Shown: piece by piece, positions 44,501 to 53,384 of the stretch
How positions within the stretch are numbered: position 1 is the stretch's first letter
Layout of the letters: every line of letters starts with the position of its first letter
From: Naegleria gruberi
Lineage: Eukaryota
NCBI GenBank assembly: GCA_000004985.1
Contig: GG738872.1
Direction: 5' to 3' (one strand)
Length of the DNA: 64,000 bases
Position numbers and translations under genes: made by a program
The notes under the pieces: generated by a model
Seen by the model: only the letters and a program-made list of their open reading frames with translations
What the model was told of the DNA's origin: nothing
The model's database searches: none

Positions 44501-47500
44501 GATGCTACTTGGCAAGAGCACTTTAAGAGAATCCGTTTCAATCTCTTACGTACTTTTGTTGATATTTATGTTGAATTGGTATTCACTCCTTTCGAAGCTT
44601 ACAACAATATTGATGCTATTATTCGTTGTTTATTCAGATTGTATGTTAGTGGTAAAGGTCTTTTGGAATGGACAACCTTCCAATCTGCTAGTAGTATTTA
44701 CAAGACTAATTTGTTCTTGGCCATGTCTAGATTGTTGTGGTTCCCAGTCTTGTTGACTACCTCTATTATTGCTTACATTGTCATTCAACATAATACTGCT
44801 GTTGCTTATAATGAATGGCAAACGTATGGTTTCACTAGAAGACCATTCATGTTGGCCAGTAATCTTATTACCATTATTCTCATGTTTGCCAGTTGGATTC
44901 TTTCACCATTCATTGCCTACTACTTGAGTAAGCCATTGAAGAAGAATCTCTTTGAGAGAGAAAATTTCAATGACCTCACCAAGGATGACAAGGTCTTCTT
45001 GCATGTCTTGTCTCGTAGAACTTGGAGATTCTTTGAAACATTTGTCAGAAAGGAAGATAACTATCTCCCACTCGATAACTACCAAGATTTCCCAAAGCCA
45101 ATGCTTGCTCGTAGAACCAGTCCAACTAATATTGGTCTTGCTTTGCTTGCCAATTTGGGTGGTCACGACTTTGGTTATATTACTAATAATGAATGTGTCA
45201 CTCGTATTCACAATACTTTGTCTACACTTTCCAACATGGATCGTTATAAGGGACATTTCTACAATTGGTATGATACTCAAGATTTAAGACCATTGTGGCC
45301 TAAATACATCAGTGCTGTTGACAGTGGTAACTTGGTTGGTCACTTACTCATTTTGAAGGCAGGTTTGGTTGAATTGAGCGACAACGTTCCAATTATTAAT
45401 ACTGATACTTATGTTTCTGGTTTGAGAGACAACTTGTACAGTATGCAATTCATCCTCAAAGAAGTTGAAAAGACAACCGATACTGACGAAGAAGAACTCG
45501 TTTACTTTGACATTAATGAAATCAAGCCAATGATTGAAGACTTGCACACCAAGTTGGATAACAAACCAACTAAGATTTCCAAATTGATTCGTTGGTACAC
45601 TGAAATTAAGGCCAGTTCCAAGAAATTGGAAGAAAGCTTGAATGAATCCCTCAACAAGCTTATTGAAGCCAGTAAGGATGACAGTCAAGCAGATATTGAA
45701 TGGCTCGCTGAAGACATTGAAGAAAGGTGTGAAAAGCAACTCTTATTCTATTCTCAATCATTCGTTCATCTAGTCTCTGAAATTGCTCAAGAATTGAATG
45801 AATTGGTTCCATTCTCCAAGCATTGGGATTTGCCTGAGGAATTAGTTTCACCTCCAAGCTCATTGGCTGGACTTTTAGAAAATGAAGCTATCACTCAATT
45901 CACTCAACAATTCAACAAGATGAATATTGAACAATTGACTCTCAGAGGTATTCTTGGTGTCAAGGAACAATTAGGTATTTCAAAGGTTAGTAAGGTATTG
46001 GGAAGCCTTAAAGTTACTGGTTCAACCTCTAATTTATCATCTGGACCAAAGGGAGTTGAAGCTTTGAAACGTTGGGTTACAGAATTGGAAGAATCCATTG
46101 TCAATGCTGAAAGTGAAGCCAAGAAGCGTTGTAACAAGTTGAAACGTCTCATCAATACTACTGATGATTTGATCAAGCAAGACTTTAGCTTCTTGTATAA
46201 TCCATCTCGTGATTTGCTTGTCATTGGTTACAATGTTGAATCTGACAGAATTGATCAAGCTCACTACGACATGTTCTGTTCTGAAGCTCGTCTTATCAGT
46301 TACGTTGGTATTGCTTTGGGCTATTTCCCAGTTAAACATTGGTTCTCCATGAGTCGTCTTATTACCACTCAAGGTACTCACCCAGCATTATTGTCATGGT
46401 CTGGTTCTGCCTTTGAATATTTGTTGCCACTCAACGTTATGCCAAATATTCCAGGTACTCTCCTCGATTCTACCTACCATGCTGTCGTCTTACGTCAAAT
46501 TGAATATGGTAAACAAAAGAATATTCCTTGGGGTATGAGTGAAAGTGCTTACAATTTGATGGATGCTAATCTTGTTTATCAATATGGTCCATTTGGTGTT
46601 CCAGGTTTGGGTTTGAAGAGAGGTTTGTCTAATGACTTGGTTGTTGCACCATATGCTACTGTTATGAGTTTGATGGTTCTTCCAAAACAAGCCACCAAGA
46701 ACTTGAGACGTTTGAACGAAATGAATTTCTTGGGTTGTTATGGTATGATTGAATCTGTTGACTTTACTCCTCACAGATTGAGAGGTAATATTGATGCTCA
46801 ACCAATCAAATCTTTCTTTGCTCACCACCAAGGTATGTCATTCCTCAGTTTGTTGTACTGTTTGAAGGCACAACCAATGCAAAGAAGATTTATGGCTGTT
46901 CCAGAATTTGCTGCCAACGTTTTGTTGCTTCAAGAAAAGATTCCAACAGTTCCACACATTTCCAATCCAAATGAAAAGGAAACAGAACGTTGGAAGAATG
47001 TTGGCTACAATCTCCCTTGTGCTAACAGACAATTCCAAGGTTTACACACCTATCCAGAAGTTCACATGCTCAGTAATCACGCCTTGCACGTAATGTTAAC
47101 TGTTAACGGTGGTGGTTACATTAAATATGAAGATATGAGTGTTACCAGATGGAGAGAAGATGCCACTCTTGATGGTTATGGTGTTTTGATTTATTTCAGA
47201 GATATGCAAGATAAGACTGATGTCTGGTCTGCTACATCCACACCAATCAAGGCCTCTAATGATAGTAATTATTCAGTCACTTTCAGTCAAGCTCGTGCTG
47301 AATTTAGAAGAAAACACAAGGGAATGACCACAGAAACAATTGTTACAGTTTCTCCATTGGATAATGTTGAAGTTAGACGTGTTAAATTTACCAATAATAC
47401 TAACAAGACAAAGGAAATTGAATTTACCAGTTATGGTGAAGTTGTTTTGAATCAAGGACGTGCTGATGCTGCTCACAGAGCCTTCTCTAACTTGTTTGTC

Positions 47501-50500
47501 GGTACTGAAATTCTTCATCAACAAAATGCCATCCTCTTCTACAGAAAGCAAAGAGATCCAAAAGACAAGAAGGTCTTTGGTTTCCACATTTTATTCGTTC
47601 ACGAACCAAAGAATATTATTGCCGAATCAACCTTTGAAACTGATAGAAGTAGTTTCTTAGGTAGAGGTTATACCATGCAAAGACCAAAGGCTCTCTCTGA
47701 CGACCTTGGTCCACTCTCAAATACTTCTGGTTTCCCTCTTGATCCAATCTTTGCTATTCGTCAATGTTTGAGAATCAAGCCAGGTAGAACTGTTCACATT
47801 GATTATATTACTGGTGTTGCTTTCTCCAAGGAAGACGCTATCAGTGTTATTAAGAAGTATCAAAGCAAGAAGACAACTAACCACGTTGTTAACTTTGCTT
47901 GGGTTGCCTCTGAAAAGCTTTGCTTCCGTTTGGGTATTACTGAAATTGAAGCTCAATTGTTCTCAAAGTTGGCTGGTTGTATCCTCTATTCTAATCCACG
48001 TTATCGTGCTCCACCTGGTCTTATTACCAAGAATAAGAATAATCAATCTGGTTTGTGGAAGTTTGGTATTTCTGGTGATATTCCACTCATTTTGGTTCGT
48101 GTTTGCGATCTTGAACAATCATTCTTTATGCAACAAGTTCTCCAAGCTCACGCTTATTGTAGATGCAAGGGTGTTAAATTTGATTTGGTTATTTGGAACG
48201 ATGAAACAACTCACTATCGTGACTTGCTCAATCAAACTCTCCATCATATCATGTCCCACATTCCAGGTTCAACTGATTTATTGCATCAACCTGGTGGTAT
48301 TCACCCTGTTAGAGGTGACAGTTTGACCTCATTTGAAACTGTCTTGTTGTACTCTGTTGCTCGTGTCGTTTTATCTGACAATGGTGGTAGCTTAACAGAT
48401 CAAATTAACAGAACTTCCAAGAAGGGATACGTTGTTCCTCCATTCCGTGTTATTACTCAACCTCGTGTCATTAAGGATACAATGAATACAGTTCCAAAGT
48501 TGCATGAAAGAGACCTCATTTTGAGAAACGATGTTGGTGGTTTCGATGCTAAGCGTAAGGAATATGTCATGATGTTGGGCAAGAATCATGTTACTCCAAA
48601 GCCATGGTGTAACGTTTTGGCTAACGATAGATTTGGTTCAGTCATCTCTGAAAAGGGTAGTGCTTACTCATTCTTCACTAATGCTCACGAATACAGATTG
48701 ACTCCATTTAACAATGATGCTGTCCTCGATAACTCTGGTGAAGCATTCTATATTAGAGATGAAAGCACTGGTCAATACTGGTCACCAATGCCTCAACCTG
48801 TACCAATTGATAGAGATGATTACTATTACATTTGTAGACATGGTATTGGTTACAGTACTTGGGAACATTTCCATGATGGTATTCATACTGAAACTACCAC
48901 ATTTGTTCCACAAAATGAACCTGTCAAGATTATCTTGATCCGTGTAACTAACAATAGTGGTTTTGATAGAAACTTGACTGTTACTGGTTTTGTTGAATGG
49001 GTTTTGGGTGAATTGAGAGAATTGAATGCTCCACACATTATTACTGATGTTGAAAGAACTGACAATAGTACAGCTGTTATTGCTAGAAATAACTTCCATA
49101 TTCAATTGTCTCACTTTGTTGGTTTTATGTCCGTTATTGGTCACAAGGAAGGTACAATTACTGGTGATAGAAATGAATTTATTGGAAGTAATGGTACTCT
49201 TGATAGACCTCAAGCTATGAAACAACAATACCTCTCAGGAAATGTTGGTGCTGCTTTCGATCCATGTGCTGCTATTCAAGTTCCAATCACTGTCGAAGAT
49301 GGTAAAGTTGTTGAAGTTGCATTCATGATTGGTGCCAACTATTCTAGAGATGGTGCTAAGGATGTCATTTCTCGTATTCGTAGTAACCTCATTGTTAGAC
49401 AATTATTGAACAGTGTTAAGGCCTTCTGGCACTATAATCTCAACACTATTCAAGTTGAAACTCCAAGCCCTGATTTGGATGTTTTGGCCAACGGTTGGTT
49501 GTTGTACCAAGTTTTGTCTTCTCGTATTTGGGGTAGATCTGGTTTCTATCAATCCAGTGGTGCTTTTGGTTTCAGAGATCAATTGCAAGATACTATGGCT
49601 GTTGCCTCTGTAATGCCTCAAATTTTGAGACAACAAATTCTCACCAATTGTGAACATCAATTTGAAAAAGGTGACGTATGCCATTGGTGGCACGACATTA
49701 CTAACAGTGGTGTCAGAACTACATTCAGTGACGACTACTTGTGGCTTCCACTCGCTGTTGCTCACTATTTGGAAATTACTGAAGATTACAAATTACTCCA
49801 CGAAAGAATTAGATTCTGTAAGCTCAGAGAAATTGAACCAGGTGAAGAATCAGTCTATGACAAGCTTGAATACACTGAAGAAACTGAAAGTATCTATGAA
49901 CATTGTAAGCGTGCATTGAAGTATGGTTTCAAATATGGTGCTCATGGACTTCCTCTTATGGGATGTGGTGACTGGAACGATGGTATGAATCTCGTTGGTA
50001 TTCATGGTAAAGGTGAAAGTGTTTGGTTGGCATTCTTCTTGTTCCACGTTTTGGAGAACTTTGAAAAGAATATCTTGGAAACTGAAATTAAGGATGATGA
50101 ATTCTTAGAAGAATGTAGAAAGAATCGTGAATACATCAAGGCCAACATTGAAGGACAAGCTTGGGATGGAGAATGGTATCGTAGAGCCTACTTTGATAGT
50201 GGTGAGCCTCTTGGTTCTAAGGAAAATTCTGAATGCCAAATTGACAGTTTGCCACAATCATGGGCTATTATCAGTGGTTGTGTTGATAAGAAGAGAGCTA
50301 AAATGGCCCTTACAAATGCCTATCAAAGGTTGGTCAGACATGACTTGAAGCTTATTCAATTGTTCGATCCACCACTCCAACATCAAGAACCATCTGCTGG
50401 TTACATTCAAGGTTATGCTCCTGGTGTCAGAGAAAATGGTGGTCAATATACCCATGCTTCTATTTGGTTTGCTTGGGCTTATTCCATTCTCAAGGATAAC

Positions 50501-50929
50501 AAGAAGGTTTGGGACTTGTTCGACATTTTGAATCCAATCAACCATGCCAAGACTAAGGAAGATGTTTGGAAATACAAGGTTGAACCATACGTTGTCACTG
50601 CTGATATTTACACATTGATGGATCACGAAGGTGAAGGTGGTTGGAGTTGGTTCACTGGTTCTGGTGGTTGGTTCTATAGATTAATCTTGGAAAGACTCAT
50701 TGGTATCAAGAAGCAAGGTAACTCTCTCAAATTCGATCCATGTCCAAAGGAAGATTGGAAGAAGTATAACATTAATTATCAACATGGCAAGACTGCTTAC
50801 CAAATTCAAGTTACAAGATCTGAAGAAAATGTCATGATTGTTGATGGTGTTAAGAGAGCTGATCCAACTCGTATTCCACTTGTTGATGACGGAAAGACTC
50901 ACAAGGTTGAAATTTATTACAAGTATTAA
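41534..50929 (+). CDS. Cyclic beta-1,2-glucan synthase-like giant enzyme (Cgs/NdvB/ChvB homolog), 3,131 aa and intronless. It has an N-terminal multi-TM GT84-type glycosyltransferase region, a central domain, and a C-terminal GH94 (cellobiose-phosphorylase-like) domain.
   Basis: - Start: the first ATG, at 41534 (MQPIENMF...). The ORF-track start at 41342 is a TTG.
- GT region motifs: FLFHRKRLYNPVEKVFMGWERKRGKLAEFN, DTDTMLPSDAARGLV (DxD), GLLQPRV, RRHRWIRGDWQIA.
- Flanking TM clusters are present.
- C-terminal GH94-type motifs: WGRSGFYQSSGAFGFRDQLQDTM ... GGWSWFTGSGGWFYRLILERLIGIK.
- Size and order match bacterial Cgs proteins of about 2,800-2,900 aa. Confidence 0.7.
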   Translation: MQPIENMFSGLLDSSNKQNEDSSNEVTSVDSPSKSKKVSGIRRAASIQVGLSDFELSGTNVPNPESISLTHLSKYAITLAGMHEVVEEKKEFVKLIKRLDETASIITQAHDIIYEAIMQNRRITSSDEWLVDNFWMIKEQIHMTKKHLPLGYEKEMPKLNNTKCAGYPRIYGIIWELINLVNGQVTEENIFQFVKSYQSVKPLTIGECWGIGVMLRLGLLENIRRVADGIISRRQDCNLADAWADRLLTSAEKSSRDVVQILYQLSQSEPIITNAFVLQISQRLQGSDPVLSIVNTWLEQQLSIKGIDIDQIFRMQKQANSSNQVTMSYSINSLRLINNFNWKEFVEKLSHMDVILRKDPSGIYSYQNFHTRDRCRHAIERIAKRFKIDEKQVANKALSLAKENHEVLQSCVLGSPRRTRSGSDAEPPSSPGSSPTALSPRSASNVIRNMNPDQMYDMKLIRRKACITYWLLEDEGIKELHRALGFRMSRLPFSFDLRFPSFITSIIFWTCLFAIAYIFMTKHSYQTQFDRYLPFSGVESLKLYFVYEKYLALVLLYISVLFVGSQLAVSLTNMTFVRLKYPASLPSMDFSTTGIPDEHRSIVVVPTMITSSDGINELLSDLQGRYLINRDKNIVFGLITDFGDSKTETTEKDDALVKQVVDGINELNKMYTRTPEEQRYSKTTFFLFHRKRLYNPVEKVFMGWERKRGKLAEFNTFILHGEKGSFSHIIGDTTNLNTVKHVITLDTDTMLPSDAARGLVEIAAHVLNEPVIDNQTKRVTHGYGLLQPRVSNGFTGSTKSLYAYMHSMDSGLDPYTREVSDVYQDTFGEGSFIGKGLYNVETFETVCGEKFPENRILSHDLIEGCFVRSGLTSGIEVIEDYPSSYGVEASRRHRWIRGDWQIASYAFSPFILTAKGYEKNTLSALHRWKIFDNLRRSLVPAAMTYLIMSTALFTSYHSKLPFVAVLAVLSIYLIPTTINTIIDVVKKPEDATWQEHFKRIRFNLLRTFVDIYVELVFTPFEAYNNIDAIIRCLFRLYVSGKGLLEWTTFQSASSIYKTNLFLAMSRLLWFPVLLTTSIIAYIVIQHNTAVAYNEWQTYGFTRRPFMLASNLITIILMFASWILSPFIAYYLSKPLKKNLFERENFNDLTKDDKVFLHVLSRRTWRFFETFVRKEDNYLPLDNYQDFPKPMLARRTSPTNIGLALLANLGGHDFGYITNNECVTRIHNTLSTLSNMDRYKGHFYNWYDTQDLRPLWPKYISAVDSGNLVGHLLILKAGLVELSDNVPIINTDTYVSGLRDNLYSMQFILKEVEKTTDTDEEELVYFDINEIKPMIEDLHTKLDNKPTKISKLIRWYTEIKASSKKLEESLNESLNKLIEASKDDSQADIEWLAEDIEERCEKQLLFYSQSFVHLVSEIAQELNELVPFSKHWDLPEELVSPPSSLAGLLENEAITQFTQQFNKMNIEQLTLRGILGVKEQLGISKVSKVLGSLKVTGSTSNLSSGPKGVEALKRWVTELEESIVNAESEAKKRCNKLKRLINTTDDLIKQDFSFLYNPSRDLLVIGYNVESDRIDQAHYDMFCSEARLISYVGIALGYFPVKHWFSMSRLITTQGTHPALLSWSGSAFEYLLPLNVMPNIPGTLLDSTYHAVVLRQIEYGKQKNIPWGMSESAYNLMDANLVYQYGPFGVPGLGLKRGLSNDLVVAPYATVMSLMVLPKQATKNLRRLNEMNFLGCYGMIESVDFTPHRLRGNIDAQPIKSFFAHHQGMSFLSLLYCLKAQPMQRRFMAVPEFAANVLLLQEKIPTVPHISNPNEKETERWKNVGYNLPCANRQFQGLHTYPEVHMLSNHALHVMLTVNGGGYIKYEDMSVTRWREDATLDGYGVLIYFRDMQDKTDVWSATSTPIKASNDSNYSVTFSQARAEFRRKHKGMTTETIVTVSPLDNVEVRRVKFTNNTNKTKEIEFTSYGEVVLNQGRADAAHRAFSNLFVGTEILHQQNAILFYRKQRDPKDKKVFGFHILFVHEPKNIIAESTFETDRSSFLGRGYTMQRPKALSDDLGPLSNTSGFPLDPIFAIRQCLRIKPGRTVHIDYITGVAFSKEDAISVIKKYQSKKTTNHVVNFAWVASEKLCFRLGITEIEAQLFSKLAGCILYSNPRYRAPPGLITKNKNNQSGLWKFGISGDIPLILVRVCDLEQSFFMQQVLQAHAYCRCKGVKFDLVIWNDETTHYRDLLNQTLHHIMSHIPGSTDLLHQPGGIHPVRGDSLTSFETVLLYSVARVVLSDNGGSLTDQINRTSKKGYVVPPFRVITQPRVIKDTMNTVPKLHERDLILRNDVGGFDAKRKEYVMMLGKNHVTPKPWCNVLANDRFGSVISEKGSAYSFFTNAHEYRLTPFNNDAVLDNSGEAFYIRDESTGQYWSPMPQPVPIDRDDYYYICRHGIGYSTWEHFHDGIHTETTTFVPQNEPVKIILIRVTNNSGFDRNLTVTGFVEWVLGELRELNAPHIITDVERTDNSTAVIARNNFHIQLSHFVGFMSVIGHKEGTITGDRNEFIGSNGTLDRPQAMKQQYLSGNVGAAFDPCAAIQVPITVEDGKVVEVAFMIGANYSRDGAKDVISRIRSNLIVRQLLNSVKAFWHYNLNTIQVETPSPDLDVLANGWLLYQVLSSRIWGRSGFYQSSGAFGFRDQLQDTMAVASVMPQILRQQILTNCEHQFEKGDVCHWWHDITNSGVRTTFSDDYLWLPLAVAHYLEITEDYKLLHERIRFCKLREIEPGEESVYDKLEYTEETESIYEHCKRALKYGFKYGAHGLPLMGCGDWNDGMNLVGIHGKGESVWLAFFLFHVLENFEKNILETEIKDDEFLEECRKNREYIKANIEGQAWDGEWYRRAYFDSGEPLGSKENSECQIDSLPQSWAIISGCVDKKRAKMALTNAYQRLVRHDLKLIQLFDPPLQHQEPSAGYIQGYAPGVRENGGQYTHASIWFAWAYSILKDNKKVWDLFDILNPINHAKTKEDVWKYKVEPYVVTADIYTLMDHEGEGGWSWFTGSGGWFYRLILERLIGIKKQGNSLKFDPCPKEDWKKYNINYQHGKTAYQIQVTRSEENVMIVDGVKRADPTRIPLVDDGKTHKVEIYYKY

Positions 50930-51084
50930 TTAATAAAGTTAAAATAAATTAATTTTAAATCTCTACCAACTTATTAGTTATCCTGATGTCTTTAATTTTA
51001 ACATTTACAGACATAGATGAATCAGATAAGGAATACCACAAGTTAGAATTAGCAAAATAGATTTTATACAATAATATTAATAAA

Positions 51085-52003
51085 TTAATCATCAGCAATA
51101 TAAACTTTCTTTCTGGAAAATATTTTGATGGCTTCGTCAATTTCTTGTAATTTCCTTTCCATATTATTTTTCTTTTGTTGTAAGAATTGAGTATCACACA
51201 ACATTGGAAGCTTATTGATGGCACCCTGCACTTCTCTCTTACTCTTCTCGAGTTCAGTAAGAGTTTCAAGTCTATCTTCTTCAGAAACTAATCTCATTCC
51301 AGGAGGACATTCATCCTTCTTCTTTTGTTCTTCCTTTTCTTTTTGTTCCTTTTCATGTTTGATTGCTTTTCTATCTTTAATGCTATGAATATTTAGCAAA
51401 GAAATTTCAAGATTTAAAAACTTACTATTGAGGCACTCTTCCAAAATCTTCTGGCTTTTCAAAGTCTTCCTTTACAGCTTTCGATGCCACTTTGGCTTCT
51501 CCCTTTTTAGCGATTGATTTCAAATCCTTGGTTGCGTTTTGTACAATATAATTTTTAGAGTCTCTATGTGTGACTGGTTCATTAAATTCCTCCTTCTTAG
51601 GAATTGGTGGTTTCTTCTCGTTGGCTAACATTTCCTTCTCCTTCTTTACTTCAAATGCAATTTCCTTCTTTTTAATATTTTGTTCGGTTATTCTCTCCCT
51701 ATTTGCACCTGATTTCAAATAATTTTCATTCACTGGATTCTCGGGAGTGTAATCTTGTGCTTTAATATCCTTCACCTTTGATTCAACCTCCTTGTATTTT
51801 TGTAGTTTAAATTCTTCCTTCTTGATAGCATCCTTTTCCTTCTTTAATTTATTTTCGTGTTCCTTTTCTTTAAGCGCTTTAAGATTTTGATGCATATGAT
51901 TTTTAGGTATGATACCTTGCTTTTCCTGTACTCCTCTGTATCCGTTCACAGGATGAAGAAAATTTGAAATTTGACTTGAATCCGAATGATGGTGTTTGAT
52001 CAT
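51085..52003 (-). CDS. Enkurin-domain protein (ciliary/flagellar), about 291 aa, 2 exons: 51426..52003 and 51088..51382 plus the stop codon
   Basis: - Start codon: ATG at 52003.
- Intron 51383..51425 (43 nt): donor CAATA|GTAAGT, acceptor attcatag|C.
- C-terminal domain: CPPGMRLVSEEDRLETLTELEKSKREVQGAINKLPMLCDTQFLQQKKNNMERKLQEIDEAIKIFSRK.
- This matches the enkurin consensus: PxGhxxhSeeERxxxLeeLxxSkxxlxxELxKLPxxxDTxxxxxRKxxLExKLxEIEeAIKxFS. Confidence 0.7.
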
Positions 52004-52236
52004 TTTTTTTTATAGTATGGTGGAAATGAATTGTAATTTTGGCGCCAAATGTTAGTTTGTAGTTATTCTTGGCGGGAAATTCTACTTCTCTTTCAGAAAA
52101 GGATATTAATATTCTAATCCTAGAAAATATGAGATTGAGATTGAAAATTATTAAATAATAGTCTGTGATTGATTCTTGTCTGTTCTTTGCAGTACTTTAT
52201 CTATCTCTTTCAAGAGAGATAGAAAACAAAATTGTT

Positions 52237-52800
52237 CTACTGTCTCTTTTTGCCAGTCATGAGGAATTGAGTAATAAATCTTACCAAGGAAAGAAATGAG
52301 TTTTCCTTATTGGATCTAATTGAATTTTTTGCTAATTTATCACCAATTCCTAAAATTGAGGTCGAGAGAGGTATTATGAGTCCAATATGTAGTAAGACAG
52401 TAACTAGATGAAGAAAGTTGTTGAAATGAAAAACTCTCTTCATCAAGGTACCAGCACTCGAAGAAATATCCCAAGCATGGTTTGGATTGACCAGAGTTCT
52501 ATTCGGATGCATGTTTTGTTCCAATAATACGACCCACTGTTCTTCATCCTTTTCATTCATTTCGGAATTAGATGGCTTTTGCCTCTTTTTTAATTCATTC
52601 ACATAATAATAGGGAGGGCCTCCCAAATGATCATATCGGAGTGAATGATAAGCTAATTGTTGAAGAGGATCAACCAAGTCAATATCCTTGTTATAATTCG
52701 GAGGAACATATCGTTCACCCAAACTACTTCCACCTCCAAATTCCCTCCTCAAATCCCAATACATCTCCTCCAATTTATTATTGGATTTCCTTTGCATCAT
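52237..52800 (-). CDS. Hypothetical small protein with a C-terminal hydrophobic segment. A 3' intron is possible (GTAAGA donor after ...SFLSL).
   Basis: The first ATG is at 52800; the ORF-track start at 52845 is a TTG. No domain recognised. The model is uncertain. Confidence 0.3.
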   Translation of the reverse strand: MMQRKSNNKLEEMYWDLRREFGGGSSLGERYVPPNYNKDIDLVDPLQQLAYHSLRYDHLGGPPYYYVNELKKRQKPSNSEMNEKDEEQWVVLLEQNMHPNRTLVNPNHAWDISSSAGTLMKRVFHFNNFLHLVTVLLHIGLIIPLSTSILGIGDKLAKNSIRSNKENSFLSLVRFITQFLMTGKKRQ

Positions 52801-53384
52801 TTTCAAATTAATAATTAATTTTGACTGGTACTGATGACAATCCAAAATATTAAATAGTATTTTCTACCTCCGAAAAATAGTTCATTCACCTTCTGTATAT
52901 TATTATCAGACTACCATCAACAATCCAAGAAGCGACAACTTTGTTTGTGGGAAGAAATTGGACTCTTTGTGAACGTTATTTTTTTCGCTGTGTGCGTAAC
53001 GATTTGGTTTTCGCGGGCAATTTGTTACGAATTGTTACCAAAAGTACAAGTAAAATTCTCTCCAAAAAAAACTTTCTCTCTTTCACCCACTACGGCAGTT
53101 AAGAGCTCTTCAAATACAACAACAATAGCAAGAGAACATTATTTTTGACTGGTCCACTTTAAAACCTGTGTACAAACAACAAGGAACAGTGTGCTGCATC
53201 AAGGTCGCATCAGAAAAACTTGTTTTACTAGGCGAAAGGTTTTGAAATTTACAGTCATTATCATCAAGTACCGGTAATAAGGTCGAAAATTGCTCTCATC
53301 AACATCATCATCATCTATTTATTGGACAATTTGTAGATAATCCATCATTAATTTGATTGGATATGAATATAATATAATACAACA

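Noticed and set aside
43228-50902. Numerous 60-175 aa ORFs on both strands within the Cgs-like gene
   Set aside because: Same reasoning as above. The sense-frame 3,131-aa ORF with conserved GT84/GH94 motifs accounts for the region.
50955-51269. 104-aa ORF overlapping enkurin exon 2 on the same strand, different frame
   Set aside because: Low-complexity alternative-frame read-through. It is explained by the enkurin gene model.
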